A DNA stretch of 64,000 bases, from NCBI GenBank assembly GCA_965206595.1, contig OZ242214.1, positions 5,792,001 to 5,856,000 of the forward strand, given 5' to 3'. Source of the stretch: Candidatus Latescibacterota bacterium. GTDB taxonomy: Bacteria > Latescibacterota > UBA2968 > UBA8231. Below are positions 22,616 to 34,241 of the stretch, one piece after another (position 1 is the stretch's first letter; every line of letters starts with the position of its first letter). A program made the position numbers and the translations under genes. The notes below the pieces were generated by a model, which saw only the letters and a list, made by a program, of their open reading frames with translations, made no database searches and was not told the DNA's origin.

Positions 22616-24451
22616 ATGTCTGTGGCTACCTGTCCCAAACGCCTTCTGATACCCTGCCTCCTGGCCGCCGCGGCGCTTGTCGCCGGCGTGCAGGAGATCG
22701 AGCGCGGCCACGCCCTCGGCATTCACTCCGAGGTCAAGTACGGCCCCGACTATCAGCACTTCGACTACGTGAACCCCAACGCCCCCAAAGGGGGGGAGCT
22801 GCGCCTGGCGGTCGTCGGCACCTTCGACAATCTCAACCCGTTCATCCTCAAGGGGATAGCCGCAGCGGGCACGCGGATGATCTACAGCCGCCTGTGCACG
22901 AAGTCGCTCGACGAGCCGCTCAGCGAGTACGGCCAGCTCGCCGAGGTCATCGAGTGCCCGGCAGACCGCTCCTGGGTCACCTTCCACCTCAGACCGGAGG
23001 CGCGCTGGCACGACGGGGTCGCGGTCACCCCGGCGGACGTCATCTTCACCTTCGAGACGCTGATCGCCAGGGGCACGCCGTTCTACCGCAGCTTCTACGC
23101 CGACGTCGACACAGTCGAGCAGCTCGGCGAACACGCGGTGAGATTCCGCTTCGCTCCGGGAACCAGCAACCGCGAGCTGCCCCTCATCCTCGGACAGCTG
23201 CGCATCCTCCCGAAGCACTACTGGCAGGGGCGCGACTTCGCCGAGACGACTCTGGAGCCGCCGCTCGGCAGCGGTCCCTACCGGATCGCCGCGGTCGACC
23301 CGGGCCGCTCGATCACCTACGAACGCGTCGCCGGCAACTGGGACGAGGAGCTTCCGGTGCAGCGCGGGCACCACAACTTCGACAGGATCCGCTACGAGTA
23401 CTACCGCGACGAGACGGTGGCGGTCGAGGCCTTCAAGGCCGGGGAGTACGACCTGCGCTTCGCCTCCAGCCCCGGGGAGTGGGCCACGGGGTACGACGTC
23501 GAGCCGGTGAAGCGGGGGCTGCTGATTCGCGAGGCGATCCCCCACGAAATGATCCGCGGCATGAGCGGGTTCGTGTTCAACACCCGCCGCGAGAAGTTCG
23601 CCGATCCCAGGGTGCGCGAGGCCCTGGCTTACGCCTTCGATTTCGAGTGGACGAACGCGACGCTGTTCCACGACCTCTACCAGCGGACGCGCAGCTATTT
23701 CGAGAATTCCGAGCTCGCCGCGACCGGCCTGCCGGAAGGGAAGGAACTGGAGATCCTCAGCGGTTTTCGCGGCCGCTTGCCCGAAGCGCTGTTCAGCGAG
23801 CCGTACCGTCCGCCCTCGACGGAAGGGGGCGGCCAACTGCGGGCCAACCTGCGCACCTCCCGCGGCCTGCTCGTCGAAGCGGGGTGGCAGGTCGGGGAGG
23901 AGGGACTGACGCACCGCGAGTCGGGCGAGGTCATGGAGATCGAGTTTCTGCTCGTGCGGCCGCTCTACGAGCGCGTCGTCGCCCCGATGCAGAAGAACCT
24001 CGAACGGCTCGGCATCGGCTCCCGCATCCGCACCGTCGACGCCGCCCAGTACTGGAACCGCCTGCAGCAGTTCGACTACGACGTCATCGCGCGCTCGTGG
24101 AACCAGTACCTGAGCCCGGGGAACGAGCAGCGCAACTACTGGACGACGGCCGCGGCTTCGGCTCCAGGCAGCCGCAATTACCCCGGCATCAGGGACCCGG
24201 TGGTCGACGAGCTAGTCGAGCGCGTCATCTCCGCCCAGGACCGGGGGACGCAGGTGGCCACCGCCCGCGCTCTCGACCGCGTGCTGCTGTGGGGGCACTA
24301 CGTCATCCCCCACTGGCACAGCCGCGAGCACCTGGTCATTTACTGGGACAAGTTCGGCCGGCCCGAGGTGCTGCCGAGAAACGACCTCGCCCCGGTCCGC
24401 ACCTGGTGGGTCGACCCGGTCAGGGAGGCGCGGCTGCGGGAGCGCCGCTGA
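22616..24451 (+). CDS. YejA-like peptide ABC substrate-binding protein (second copy)
   Basis: HFDYVNPNAPKGG, TFDNLNPF, PPLGSGPY, FDFEW.N. Confidence 0.93.
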   Translation: MSVATCPKRLLIPCLLAAAALVAGVQEIERGHALGIHSEVKYGPDYQHFDYVNPNAPKGGELRLAVVGTFDNLNPFILKGIAAAGTRMIYSRLCTKSLDEPLSEYGQLAEVIECPADRSWVTFHLRPEARWHDGVAVTPADVIFTFETLIARGTPFYRSFYADVDTVEQLGEHAVRFRFAPGTSNRELPLILGQLRILPKHYWQGRDFAETTLEPPLGSGPYRIAAVDPGRSITYERVAGNWDEELPVQRGHHNFDRIRYEYYRDETVAVEAFKAGEYDLRFASSPGEWATGYDVEPVKRGLLIREAIPHEMIRGMSGFVFNTRREKFADPRVREALAYAFDFEWTNATLFHDLYQRTRSYFENSELAATGLPEGKELEILSGFRGRLPEALFSEPYRPPSTEGGGQLRANLRTSRGLLVEAGWQVGEEGLTHRESGEVMEIEFLLVRPLYERVVAPMQKNLERLGIGSRIRTVDAAQYWNRLQQFDYDVIARSWNQYLSPGNEQRNYWTTAAASAPGSRNYPGIRDPVVDELVERVISAQDRGTQVATARALDRVLLWGHYVIPHWHSREHLVIYWDKFGRPEVLPRNDLAPVRTWWVDPVREARLRERR

Positions 24452-24691
24452 CCAGCCTTGCCGCGCGGGTTCGCAGCGAGGGGGAAACGCTATTTCGCGT
24501 CGTTTCGGCGGGAAGCCGGCGCAAAACCGAAGCGCCGGCGGTCGTTGAACAATGCCCCGGGTTGTCGGCCCAGGGGCATCGGGAAACGTTTCAGCCGGGA
24601 GATGTAACAGAGGCTCTCGCCCCCCGGGACACACCGCCGACCCCGGGAGCAGGCCCAGAGCGGAGCACCGGTGATTTCAACGCCGGCCCCG

Positions 24692-26308
24692 TCAGTCCCC
24701 CTCACCATGACCGAGCGTCTCGACAGCGAACGCCGCGGCGATCAGCTCCTTCGTGTAGCGCTGCTTCGGGGCCTCGAAGATCTCCCGCGCAGGCCCCTGC
24801 TCGACCACCTTGCCGTCTTTCATCACGATCAGCTCGGCGGCCAGGGCGCGGACCACCTTCAGGTCGTGGCTGATGAACAAGTAGGCGAGGCCCTTGCGCC
24901 GCTGCAGGTCGAGCAGCAACTCGACGATCTGCGCCTGCACAGTGCGGTCGAGGGCGCTGGTCGGTTCGTCGAGAACCACCAGCCGCGGCTCGAGCACCAT
25001 GGCGCGGGCGATGGCGATCCGCTGCCGCTGCCCACCGGAGAACTCGTGCGGGAAGCGGTCCATGCTCTCCGGGTCGAGGCCGACCTCCGACATCGCCCCG
25101 GCGACCCGCTGCCGCCGCTCCTCCCGGCGCTCGCCGATGCGGTGAATCTGCAGTCCCTCCTCGATGATCTGAAAGGCCGACAGCCGCGGGCTCAGCGAGG
25201 CGAAGGGGTCCTGGAAGACGATCTGCATCTGCCGCCGCAGCGGGCGCACCTCCTTCTGCCGCCAGCCCTGGATGTCGCGGCCTTCGAACTCGATAGAGCC
25301 GGCGCTCGACAGCAGGCGCAGCACCGCCTGAGCCAGGGTCGTCTTGCCCGATCCCGATTCCCCGACGACGCCGACGGTCTCGCCGGCGCGCAGGCGCAGG
25401 GACACCCCGTCGACGGCTTTCACGTGTCCAACAGTCCTGCGCAGCAGGCCGCGCCGGATCGGGAAGTGGACCTTGAGATCGCGGGTGCGCACCACCTCGG
25501 GGGCGTTCTCGTCGACCGGCGCCGGCTCCCCCCGGGGCTCGGCCGCCAGCAGCCGGCGGGTGTAGGGATGGCGCGGTCCGGTGAAGATCGCCTCGGTGGC
25601 CCCCTCCTCGACGACCTCGCCCTCCGTCATCGCGTAGACGCGGCCGGCGACGCGGCGGACGATCCCGAGGTCGTGGGTGATCAGCAGGATCGCCAGGCCG
25701 GAGCGCCGCTGCAGGTCGCGCAGCAGCTCGAGGATCTGCGCCTGAATGGTGACGTCGAGGGCGGTCGTCGGCTCGTCGGCGATCAGCAGGTCCGGCTCGT
25801 TGGCAAGGGCCATGGCGATCATCACGCGCTGGCGCTGACCCCCGGAAAGCTGGTGCGGCCAGGCGTCGAGGCGCTCCTCGTCCGGCAGGCCGACCAGATG
25901 CAGCAACTCCAGGGTGCGCTCCCGGGCTTCCTGGCGGCTCACCTCCCGGTGCAGCATCAGGCTCTCGCTGACCTGCCGCTCTATCGAATGCAGCGGGTTC
26001 AGCGAGGTCATCGGCTCTTGGAAGATCATCGCCGCGCGTCCGCCCCGCAGGGCCCGCAGGCGCTCCGGCGCCGCCCCGATCAGCTCTTCCCCGTCAAAGC
26101 GGATGCTGCCGTGCGGGTGGCTGGCCCGCGGGTAGGGAAGCAGCTGCATCACCGACAGCGCGGTCACCGACTTGCCTGAGCCCGACTCCCCGACCAGGGC
26201 GACGGTCTCCCCCTTTTCGACGGCGAGGGTGGCGTTACGTACGGCGTGCACCGGCCCCTCTTCGAGGTGGAAGTCGACGCCGAGCTGGTCGATGGCCAGC
26301 AGGCTCAC
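24692..26308 (-). CDS. yejF: Peptide ABC transporter double ATPase
   Basis: Two GESGSGK Walker A and two SGGQRQR motifs; GTGA overlap with yejE. Confidence 0.92.
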   Translation of the reverse strand: MSLLAIDQLGVDFHLEEGPVHAVRNATLAVEKGETVALVGESGSGKSVTALSVMQLLPYPRASHPHGSIRFDGEELIGAAPERLRALRGGRAAMIFQEPMTSLNPLHSIERQVSESLMLHREVSRQEARERTLELLHLVGLPDEERLDAWPHQLSGGQRQRVMIAMALANEPDLLIADEPTTALDVTIQAQILELLRDLQRRSGLAILLITHDLGIVRRVAGRVYAMTEGEVVEEGATEAIFTGPRHPYTRRLLAAEPRGEPAPVDENAPEVVRTRDLKVHFPIRRGLLRRTVGHVKAVDGVSLRLRAGETVGVVGESGSGKTTLAQAVLRLLSSAGSIEFEGRDIQGWRQKEVRPLRRQMQIVFQDPFASLSPRLSAFQIIEEGLQIHRIGERREERRQRVAGAMSEVGLDPESMDRFPHEFSGGQRQRIAIARAMVLEPRLVVLDEPTSALDRTVQAQIVELLLDLQRRKGLAYLFISHDLKVVRALAAELIVMKDGKVVEQGPAREIFEAPKQRYTKELIAAAFAVETLGHGEGD

Positions 26309-27420
26309 GAGCCACCTCCCGGAAGGCCGGTCTCGGCCGCGGCGAAGGTCTTGCGCGGGTCGAAGGCGTCGCGCACCGCCTCTCCGATGAAGACGAGCAG
26401 CGACAGCATGACCGCCAGGGAGAAGAACGCGGCGAAGCCGAGCCAGGGGGCCTGCAGGTTGCGTTTCCCCTGGTTGAGGAGCTCTCCCAGCGACGGCGAC
26501 CCGGGGGGCAGGCCGAAGCCGAGAAAATCGAGGGAGGTCAGCACCGTGACCGAGCCGGTGAGGATGAAGGGCAGGAACGTCAGCGTCGAGACCATGGCGT
26601 TCGGCAGCACGTGCCGCCACATGATGCGCCGGTCGCTCTGCCCGAGGGCGCGGGCGGCCTTGACGAAGTCGAGGTTGCGGGCCCGCAGGAACTCGGCGCG
26701 GACGACTCCGACCAGCCCCATCCAGCGGAACAGCAGAAGCAGCCCCAGCAGCCACCAGAAGTTCGGCTCGACCACGCTCGCCAGGATGATCAGCAGGTAG
26801 AGCAACGGCAGCCCCTGCCAGATCTCGATGAAGCGCTGGAAGAGCAGGTCGACCCAGCCGCCGAAGTACCCCTGGACGGCCCCGGCGGCGATGCCGGCGG
26901 CGGCGCTGAAGAGGGTCAGCAGGAGGCCGAACAGCACCGAGATGCGGTACCCGTAGATCAGGCGGGCGGCGACGTCGCGGGCCTGGTCGTCGGTGCCGAG
27001 CCAGTTGCCGCCGTCCGGAGGAGAGGGGGCCGGCTGCGCGAGGTCGTAGTTGACGGTGTCGTAGCTGAAGGGGATGGGGGGCCACAGGATCCAGCCCTTC
27101 TCCTCGATGAGCCCGGCGACGAACGGGTCGCGGTATTCCGCCGCGGTCTCGAAGTCGCCGCCGAAGGCGGTCTCGGGGTAGGCGGCGAGGACGGGGAAGT
27201 AGAAGGAGCTGTCGAACCTCACCACGAGGGGGCGGTCGTTAGCGATGAACTCGGCCGGCAGGCTGAGGGCGAACAGGAGCCAGAAGACCCGGTTGCTCCA
27301 GAAGCCGCGGCGGTTGCGGCGGAAGTTGGCGAGCCGGCGCTGGTTGAGCCGCGACAGCCGCATCCCGAGGAAGCGCGCTTCCGTTTCGGCGGGCGGCGAT
27401 GCTGTGGTTCCGGGGCTCAC
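26305..27420 (-). CDS. yejE: Peptide ABC permease
   Basis: [33 protein letters not shown]. Confidence 0.92.
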   Translation of the reverse strand: MSPGTTASPPAETEARFLGMRLSRLNQRRLANFRRNRRGFWSNRVFWLLFALSLPAEFIANDRPLVVRFDSSFYFPVLAAYPETAFGGDFETAAEYRDPFVAGLIEEKGWILWPPIPFSYDTVNYDLAQPAPSPPDGGNWLGTDDQARDVAARLIYGYRISVLFGLLLTLFSAAAGIAAGAVQGYFGGWVDLLFQRFIEIWQGLPLLYLLIILASVVEPNFWWLLGLLLLFRWMGLVGVVRAEFLRARNLDFVKAARALGQSDRRIMWRHVLPNAMVSTLTFLPFILTGSVTVLTSLDFLGFGLPPGSPSLGELLNQGKRNLQAPWLGFAAFFSLAVMLSLLVFIGEAVRDAFDPRKTFAAAETGLPGGGS

Positions 27421-28514
27421 AGCTCGCGGCTCTCGAAGTCGATGCGCCGGTCGACGAGTGTGTAGGTCAGGTCCCCCACCAGCTGCATCACCAGTCCGAG
27501 GAGGGTGAAGAAGTAGAGGGTCGCGAACATCACCGGGTAGTCGCGGCCGATCGCCGCTTCGTAGCCGAGCAGCCCGAGGCCGTCGAGGGAGAAGATGATC
27601 TCGGTCAGCAGCGCCCCGGTGAAGAAGATGTCGACGAAGGCGCTCGGAAAACCGGCAATGACGATGAGCATGGCGTTGCGGAAGACGTGGCCGTAGAGGA
27701 CGCTGCCCTCGCTCAGCCCCTTGGCGCGGGCGGTGACCACGTACTGCTTGTTGACCTCGTCGAGGAAGGAGTTCTTGGTCAGCAGCGTCAGTCCGGCGAA
27801 GCCGCCGATCACCATGGCGCATACCGGCAGCGCCAGGTGCCAGAAGTAGTCGGCGATCCTCGAGAAGAAGCCGAGCTCCTCCCAGTTGGAGGAGACCAGC
27901 CCGCGCAGGGGAAACCAGTCGAGGTAGTGGCCGCCGGAGAACAGCACGATCAGCAGGATGGCGAACAGGAAGCTCGGGATCGCGTAGCCGACGATGACCA
28001 CCGCGGAGGTCCAGACGTCGAACCGCGTCCCGTCCTTCACCGCCTTGGCGATCCCGAGGGGAATGGAGATGCAATAGACGAGCAGCGTCGTCCACAGCCC
28101 CAGCGAGATCGACACCGGCATCTTTTCCCGCACCAGGTCGACGACGCTCCGGTCGCGGTAGAAACTCTCGCCGAAGTCGAAAGAGACGTACTGCACGACC
28201 ATCTGCCGGAAGCGCTCGTGGGCGGGCTTGTCGAAGCCGTACATGCGCTCGAGTTCGGCTATCAGGTCGGGGTCGAGGCCCTGGGCGCCGCGGTACTTGC
28301 CGGCCCCTTCCCCGGCGCCCAGGGCCTCGAGCGCCTCCCCTTCGCCGGCGCCGCTCACCCGCGCCGTGGCATCCGGCGCGTGCCCCTGGATGAGGGCGAT
28401 GGCCTGCTCCACCGGACCCCCGGGGGCCGCCTGGATGACGAGGAAGTTGACGAGCATGACGCCGAACAGGGTCGGCACCATGAGCAGCAGCCGCCGCAGG
28501 ATGTAGGCGGTCAT
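27417..28514 (-). CDS. yejB: Peptide ABC permease
   Basis: [35 protein letters not shown]. Confidence 0.94.
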   Translation of the reverse strand: MTAYILRRLLLMVPTLFGVMLVNFLVIQAAPGGPVEQAIALIQGHAPDATARVSGAGEGEALEALGAGEGAGKYRGAQGLDPDLIAELERMYGFDKPAHERFRQMVVQYVSFDFGESFYRDRSVVDLVREKMPVSISLGLWTTLLVYCISIPLGIAKAVKDGTRFDVWTSAVVIVGYAIPSFLFAILLIVLFSGGHYLDWFPLRGLVSSNWEELGFFSRIADYFWHLALPVCAMVIGGFAGLTLLTKNSFLDEVNKQYVVTARAKGLSEGSVLYGHVFRNAMLIVIAGFPSAFVDIFFTGALLTEIIFSLDGLGLLGYEAAIGRDYPVMFATLYFFTLLGLVMQLVGDLTYTLVDRRIDFESREL

Positions 28515-28596
28515 TCGGTGGGCCGTCCCATCAGCCGCCTGGTTCGCGGGAGCCCCGGCGGCTGATTTCCGTCAACCTGTTTCCGGAGGCGGGACA

Positions 28597-30420
28597 CTAC
28601 TCGGTCTTCTGCAGCCGAGACGCTTTCTCCGCGTCGTACCACCAGGTCAGCGGCAGCACGAACAGGTCTCCGGTGTACGGGGCGGTCTTTTGCGGCCGCC
28701 CGAACTTGTCCCAGCGCAGGGTGCGGAAGGCGTTGATATGCCAGTGGGGGATGACGTAGTGCCCCCGCAGCAGCACCCGGTCCAGGGCCCGGGTCAGCGC
28801 GACCAGCTCGGCCCGGTCCGAAGCGGCGATCAGCCGGTCGACCAGCTCGTCGACCACCGGGTCGGCGATGCCGGCGAGGTTGCCGCTGCCGGGCTTTGCC
28901 GCGGCGGCGCCCGTCCAGTAGTTGCGCTGCTCGTTGCCCGGGCTCAGGCTCTGGGCCCGCACCGTGGTGACGATGTCGAAGTCGAACTCCTGAACCCGGT
29001 TCTGGTACTGGGCGTCGTCGACGGTGCGGATCCGCGCCGCGATCCCGAGGCGCTCGAGGTTGCCGATCACCGGGGCGACGATGCGCTCCCAGTTCGGGCT
29101 GCCCAACAGGAATTCGATCTCCATCGTCTTCCCGGTCTCCGCGTGCGTCAGGGTGCCGTCCTTGACGCTCCAGCCGGCCTCCTTGAGAAGCCGCGTGGCG
29201 GCGCGCAGGTTGCCGCGGATCTGCCCCGAGCCGTCCGTGCTCGGCGGGTCGTAGGCCTGGCCGAACACCTCGTCGGGGATTCTGCCTCGGTACCCCTCGA
29301 GGATCTCCAACTCGCGGCCCGACGGCGATCCCGAGGAGGCGAGCTCGGAGTTCGAGAAGAAGCTTTTCGTGCGGGTGTACTGGCCGTAGAAGAGGTTGGC
29401 GTTGGTCCACTCGAAGTCGAAGGCGAACCCCAGGGCCTGCCGCACCTTGGGGTCGGCGAACTTCCCGCGCCTGGTGTTGAACCAGAAGGCCTGCATGCCG
29501 GTCGGTCTCTGGTGGGGGATCAGCTCCTTGATCAACCTGCCCTCGCGGACCGCGTCGACATCGTACGCGGTCGCCCAGTCCTTGGAGGTGTTCTCCGAGC
29601 GGTAGTCGAACTCCCCCGCCTTCAAGGCCTCGATGGCCACCGTCTGGTCGCGGTAGAAGTCGAAGTGCACCCGGTCGAAGTTGTAGCGCCCCTTGTTTAC
29701 CGGCAGGTCCCGGCCCCAGTAGTCGTCGACCCTCTCGTAGGCAATGAAACGCCCCGCCTCGACCGCGGCGATCCGGTAGGGCCCGCTTCCCGGGGGCGGA
29801 TCGAGGGTCGTCTCCTCGAAGTCGCGGCCTTCCCAGTAATGCCTGGGCAGCACCGGGAACTGCCCGGCGATCATGGGAAGCTCCCGGTTGAGGTCGCCCC
29901 CGAAGCTCATCTTCACCCGGCGCGGGCCGATCTTTTCGGCGCTCTCGATGTTCTCGTAGTAGGCGCGCCAGCCGGGGTGCCCCCTGGTCTGAAGCAGTTG
30001 CAGCGAGTACACGACGTCCTCCGCGGTGACCGGCTTGTCGTCGTGCCAGCGGGCTTCCTCGCGCAGCTCGAAGATCACCCAGCGTCCGTCGGCGTCGATC
30101 TCGATGCTTTCGGCGAGGCGGCCGTACTCGGAGAACGCCTCGTCCTCGGCGCGCTCGAGCAGGGACTCGTAGAGGAGCTGGTCCATCCTCGGCGGGGAGA
30201 TTCCCTTGAGGACGAACGGATTGAGGCTGTCGAAGGTGCCGATGGTACCGAGCCGGATCTCGCCCCCTTTGGGGGCCTCGGGGTTCACGTACTCGAAATG
30301 GGTGAAACCGGGACCGTACTTGAGGTCGCCGTGCAGGGCGGCGCCGTGGCCGGTGTAGTTGCCCGCGGTCAGAGGGAGGGCAGCGGCGAGCACGCCGATA
30401 AGGCCAGTCAGTGATTTCAT
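28597..30420 (-). CDS. yejA: Peptide ABC substrate-binding protein
   Basis: HFEYVNPEAPKGG, TFDSLNPF, first gene of yejABEF order. Confidence 0.92.
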   Translation of the reverse strand: MKSLTGLIGVLAAALPLTAGNYTGHGAALHGDLKYGPGFTHFEYVNPEAPKGGEIRLGTIGTFDSLNPFVLKGISPPRMDQLLYESLLERAEDEAFSEYGRLAESIEIDADGRWVIFELREEARWHDDKPVTAEDVVYSLQLLQTRGHPGWRAYYENIESAEKIGPRRVKMSFGGDLNRELPMIAGQFPVLPRHYWEGRDFEETTLDPPPGSGPYRIAAVEAGRFIAYERVDDYWGRDLPVNKGRYNFDRVHFDFYRDQTVAIEALKAGEFDYRSENTSKDWATAYDVDAVREGRLIKELIPHQRPTGMQAFWFNTRRGKFADPKVRQALGFAFDFEWTNANLFYGQYTRTKSFFSNSELASSGSPSGRELEILEGYRGRIPDEVFGQAYDPPSTDGSGQIRGNLRAATRLLKEAGWSVKDGTLTHAETGKTMEIEFLLGSPNWERIVAPVIGNLERLGIAARIRTVDDAQYQNRVQEFDFDIVTTVRAQSLSPGNEQRNYWTGAAAAKPGSGNLAGIADPVVDELVDRLIAASDRAELVALTRALDRVLLRGHYVIPHWHINAFRTLRWDKFGRPQKTAPYTGDLFVLPLTWWYDAEKASRLQKTE

Positions 30421-30456
30421 TTGTGTCGTCGGTTCCTGTATTGAATGGTAGCGAGC

Positions 30457-31323
30457 CTAAACGGGCATTTCGCGCCGGGTGTGCCTTCTGCCGATGGCGG
30501 CCGCTGCTTCCGAGGTGCTGATGATCCGCACCCCCTCGTCGATCGCCTCCCTGATGTTTTCCTCGCCGGCGCCGTCGAGAAAGGCGAGGCCGTTGGCGTC
30601 GCAGGCCGCCTTCACCCGGTCGCGGATTTCCAGCATCTCGTCGGAGAACGGCTGACTGCGGATCATCTCGCCGTGCGACCAGTGGTTGTCTCCCGGGCCC
30701 CATTCGGCGAAGGCGATCCCCGGAACCTTGAGCGTCTCCTCGACGTTTTCCACGGCCCTCCGGTTCTCGATCTTGAGGCCGAGCATCAGCTCCCCTTCCG
30801 GGTTGAGAGGCCAGAAGTCGGCGCGGCGGAGATACTCCTCCACCGGCACTCCCCAGATCGCCGCGGCCGAGCCCTGGCCGCCGTTGCCGCGCCGCCCCTG
30901 GCCGACCCGGTCCCGGGCCACCGTCTGGAAGGAGTAGCGGCACTCCTCGACGAGGGCGGCGACCGCGCCGGGGGAGTCGGCGTGGCAGAGCAGGATCCCG
31001 TGGACGCCGCGGTCGAGCACCTGCTCGAACAGCCAGGCGTTGGCGCGCACCACCGCCTCGCTCGATCCGTCCGGAGGCAGGTCGGCGATCACCGCCGGCG
31101 TCGGATGGCCGCTGCGCGTCGGGCCCGCGGCCTTCATGCCCTTCATGAAACTGTCGAGCCCAGGCAGGTCGAAGGTGCCGTGCTCCATGCTGACGTTGAT
31201 GTAGTCGGCGTGGGTGCCGGCCATTTCCAGGCCCGCCTCATAGCTGACGGCGCTGAAGCCGGTGTAGTAGACAGGCTGGTCTTGCTCCAGCAGCTCGATG
31301 GCGCGGTTGATGCGCTTCGGCAT
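30457..31323 (-). CDS. HpcH/HpaI aldolase/citrate lyase family protein
   Basis: MEHG, LDRGVHG, LKIEN, FAEWGPGD. Confidence 0.85.
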   Translation of the reverse strand: MPKRINRAIELLEQDQPVYYTGFSAVSYEAGLEMAGTHADYINVSMEHGTFDLPGLDSFMKGMKAAGPTRSGHPTPAVIADLPPDGSSEAVVRANAWLFEQVLDRGVHGILLCHADSPGAVAALVEECRYSFQTVARDRVGQGRRGNGGQGSAAAIWGVPVEEYLRRADFWPLNPEGELMLGLKIENRRAVENVEETLKVPGIAFAEWGPGDNHWSHGEMIRSQPFSDEMLEIRDRVKAACDANGLAFLDGAGEENIREAIDEGVRIISTSEAAAAIGRRHTRREMPV

Positions 31324-31449
31324 GTTCGACTCCTCGTTCGGGGACAGCGGTTGACGTAGGGCGGAAGCGGCATTGGCGTCAACCTGGATGCCCCCCAGGG
31401 GCCGGCTTAGATTCCCGCGGTTTACCCTTGGGAAACCAGCGAGATATCC

Positions 31450-32406
31450 ATGAAAATCCTCGTGAATGCCGATCTCATCGACGTCGACGGCGCCCTCCTC
31501 GACCGGGTGCGCGCCGCAGCCGGCGACCTCGAAGTGATCGTGACGACGGACGCCGACCGCATCGAGCAGGTGATACCCGACGTCCAAGTCGTACTTGGCG
31601 ACATCGGGGCCGAACTCCTCCGCAAGGCTCCGAACCTGCGCTGGGTTCAGAGCCCGGCCGCCGGCGTCGACGGCGCCCTCTATTCCGAATTCGCAGACAG
31701 CGACATCCTCCTCACCAGCGCCAAGGGGTTCGTCGGCGTCCACCTCGCCGAGCACGCCATGGGCCTGCTGCTCGCGGTGACCCGCGGCATCGGCTGGGCG
31801 GTGCGCGCCCTCGACTGGGAGGTGAAGTGGTCGATCCGCAACAGCTCCCTGGAGCTGTGGGGCCTGACCATGGGGATCGTCGGCCTCGGCGGAACCGGGC
31901 GCGAGCTGGCGAAAAGAGCGCGCGCCTTCGGCATGCGCGTCATCGCCGTCGATCCGGAATCGGTCGATCTCCCCGAAGAGGTCGAGGCCTGCTGGAGAAT
32001 GGACCGCTTCCACGACCTCCTCGAACAGTCCGACGTCGTCGCCGTCTGCGCCCCTCTCACGCCTGAAACCGAGGGCATGTTCGACCGCGACGCCTTTCAA
32101 CGCATGCGGCGCAGCGCCATCCTGGTGAACGTGACGCGCGGCGGGATCATGGATGGTCCGGCGCTGATCGCGGCGTTGGAGCAGGGGTGGATCGGCGGCG
32201 CCGGGCTGGACGTCACCCCGGAAGAGCCATTGCCGAAGGACAACCCGCTGTGGCAGATGAAGAACGTCGTCATCACCCCGCATACCGCCGGGGCTTCCCC
32301 CAACCGCGACCGGCGCGCCGTCGAGCAGTTCTGCGAGAACCTGCGCCGCTACATCTCCGGGGAGAGGCCGCTGATCGGCGAGATCGACAAGGGCAAGGGG
32401 TACTGA
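31450..32406 (+). CDS. D-2-hydroxyacid dehydrogenase
   Basis: GLGGTG, NVTRG, GLDVTPEEPL, TPHTAG. Confidence 0.95.
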   Translation: MKILVNADLIDVDGALLDRVRAAAGDLEVIVTTDADRIEQVIPDVQVVLGDIGAELLRKAPNLRWVQSPAAGVDGALYSEFADSDILLTSAKGFVGVHLAEHAMGLLLAVTRGIGWAVRALDWEVKWSIRNSSLELWGLTMGIVGLGGTGRELAKRARAFGMRVIAVDPESVDLPEEVEACWRMDRFHDLLEQSDVVAVCAPLTPETEGMFDRDAFQRMRRSAILVNVTRGGIMDGPALIAALEQGWIGGAGLDVTPEEPLPKDNPLWQMKNVVITPHTAGASPNRDRRAVEQFCENLRRYISGERPLIGEIDKGKGY

Positions 32407-32410
32407 AGGC

Positions 32411-33256
32411 ATGGTGCCAACCGTCGGCATCTCGAGCCCTGGGGAAATGGGCCACGCCGTCGCCAGGGTCCTGGTCGACCGCGGCCTGCCGGTGATCGCC
32501 TGCCTCGAGGGCCGCAGCGAACGCTCGTGCGGGCGCGCCGCTTCAGCCGGCATCGAGGCGGTTCCCACCCTCGCCGAGGTCGCGCTGCGGGCGGGCATCT
32601 TCCTGTCGATCCTGCCCCCGGCGCACGCCCACGGGATGGCGCGGCAGGTCGCCGCAACCGGCGAGACGACGACCTACGTCGACTGCAACGCCGTCTCCCC
32701 GGCGACCGCGGTCGCCATAAGCGCCACCGCCGCGGCCGCGGGCCTCCCCTTCGTAGACGCCGGTATCGTCGGCCCCCCGCCCCTGAAGGAAGGAGTCACC
32801 CGCTTCTACGCCTCCGGCGAGGCCGTCAACGAGTTCGCGGCGCTGTCGCGGTACGGCCTCGACATCCGCGTGGTCGGCCGCGAGATCGGCCAGGCCTCCG
32901 GCCTCAAGATGTGCTACGCCGCCCAGACGAAGGGGCGCTACGCGATCTTCATCGAGTCCCTGGTGGCCGCCCATCGCCTCGGCTGTTTCGAGCTGCTCGT
33001 CGAAGAGCTCAAGTCGAGCCAGGCGGCGACCTGGGCCGACACCGGGAAGGCGGTCCCGAACATCCCTCCGAAAGCGGGCCGCTGGATCGCCGAAATGGAG
33101 GAGATCGCCGCCACCTTCTCAGGGGCCGGCATGACCGAACGGATCTTCCTCGGCGTCGCCGACATGTACCGCGCCGTCGACGGGGCCGGTCCGGACGGCC
33201 TCGACGGACTCGAGATCGAGAAGTTGATCGCGCGGCTCGCACGCGACATGCAGTGA
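32411..33256 (+). CDS. NAD(P)-dependent oxidoreductase (3-hydroxyisobutyrate/6-phosphogluconate dehydrogenase-like, DUF1932)
   Basis: SPGEMG, DCNAVSP, ASGLKMCYA, RWIAEMEEIA. Confidence 0.88.
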   Translation: MVPTVGISSPGEMGHAVARVLVDRGLPVIACLEGRSERSCGRAASAGIEAVPTLAEVALRAGIFLSILPPAHAHGMARQVAATGETTTYVDCNAVSPATAVAISATAAAAGLPFVDAGIVGPPPLKEGVTRFYASGEAVNEFAALSRYGLDIRVVGREIGQASGLKMCYAAQTKGRYAIFIESLVAAHRLGCFELLVEELKSSQAATWADTGKAVPNIPPKAGRWIAEMEEIAATFSGAGMTERIFLGVADMYRAVDGAGPDGLDGLEIEKLIARLARDMQ

Positions 33257-33332
33257 CAGTGGGGGGGCCGACTCGCGGGCGGATTTTCGCGGGGCGCTCG
33301 CCCCGCGGCGATTCCTCGCGCAAGGGAGGTGA

Positions 33333-34241
33333 GTGGTGAACCGGTTGGCGCTTCTGTCCGAGACGAAGTGGTGGGCCCAGCTGCTGATCCTGCCCAGCCT
33401 CCTCCTGCTGTTCGCCATCCTGATCTATCCGATAGGCTCGGGGATTCTCCTCAGCTTCAAGGAGATGAGGCTGACGCGGCCGGACCTCGGGGTCCCCTTC
33501 GTCGGCCTGCGGCATTACCTCGAGCTGGCCGGCGATCCGGTGTTCCGCGTATCCGCTTTCAACACCCTCGTCTGGGTCGTCGCCGGAACCGCCACCCAGC
33601 TCGCTCTCGGCATGGTCACCGCCCTGGGGCTGAACCGCGGTCTGCGGCGGGCGCTGCCCGGGATGCGGTTGGCCCGCGTGGCCGTGCTGCTGCCCTGGGT
33701 CATGCCTTCGGTGGTGGCCGGACACATGTGGGCCCTGATGCTCGATTCCAGGTTGGGGGTGATCAACGATCTGCTGGTGCGCCTCGGCTTCCTCACCAGT
33801 TACCATCCCTTTTTCGCCGATCCCGACACGGCGCTGCCGGCGGTACTGGCCGTCGCTCTGTGGGGATCCTTTCCGTTTTTCACCCTCTTCTTCCTGGCGG
33901 GTCTCCAGGGCATCCCCGACGAGCTGTACGAGGCGGCCGATGTCGACGGCGCCGGCCTGTGGCTCCAGTTCCGCACCATCACCCTTCCCCTGCTGATGCC
34001 CATCATCGTGGCCACCGTCGTGCTCCGGGTCATCGGCATGGTAAACGCCCCCGACCTGCTGGTCGTGCTGACCGGCGGCGGACCCGGCCACGCGACCCAG
34101 GTGCTGTCTCTCTACGCCTTCCAGAAGGCCTACGCCGAGTTCGATTTCGGCTACGCGGCCGCCCTGTCGGTGGTGATGCTCCTGATGCTGATGGCCTTCA
34201 CCGTCGTCTACGTGCGCGTCTCGGGGGTGATGGAGGAATAG
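33333..34241 (+). CDS. Carbohydrate ABC permease
   Basis: FVGLRHY, ELYEAADVDGA EAA motif, TGGGPG. Confidence 0.94.
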   Translation: MVNRLALLSETKWWAQLLILPSLLLLFAILIYPIGSGILLSFKEMRLTRPDLGVPFVGLRHYLELAGDPVFRVSAFNTLVWVVAGTATQLALGMVTALGLNRGLRRALPGMRLARVAVLLPWVMPSVVAGHMWALMLDSRLGVINDLLVRLGFLTSYHPFFADPDTALPAVLAVALWGSFPFFTLFFLAGLQGIPDELYEAADVDGAGLWLQFRTITLPLLMPIIVATVVLRVIGMVNAPDLLVVLTGGGPGHATQVLSLYAFQKAYAEFDFGYAAALSVVMLLMLMAFTVVYVRVSGVMEE

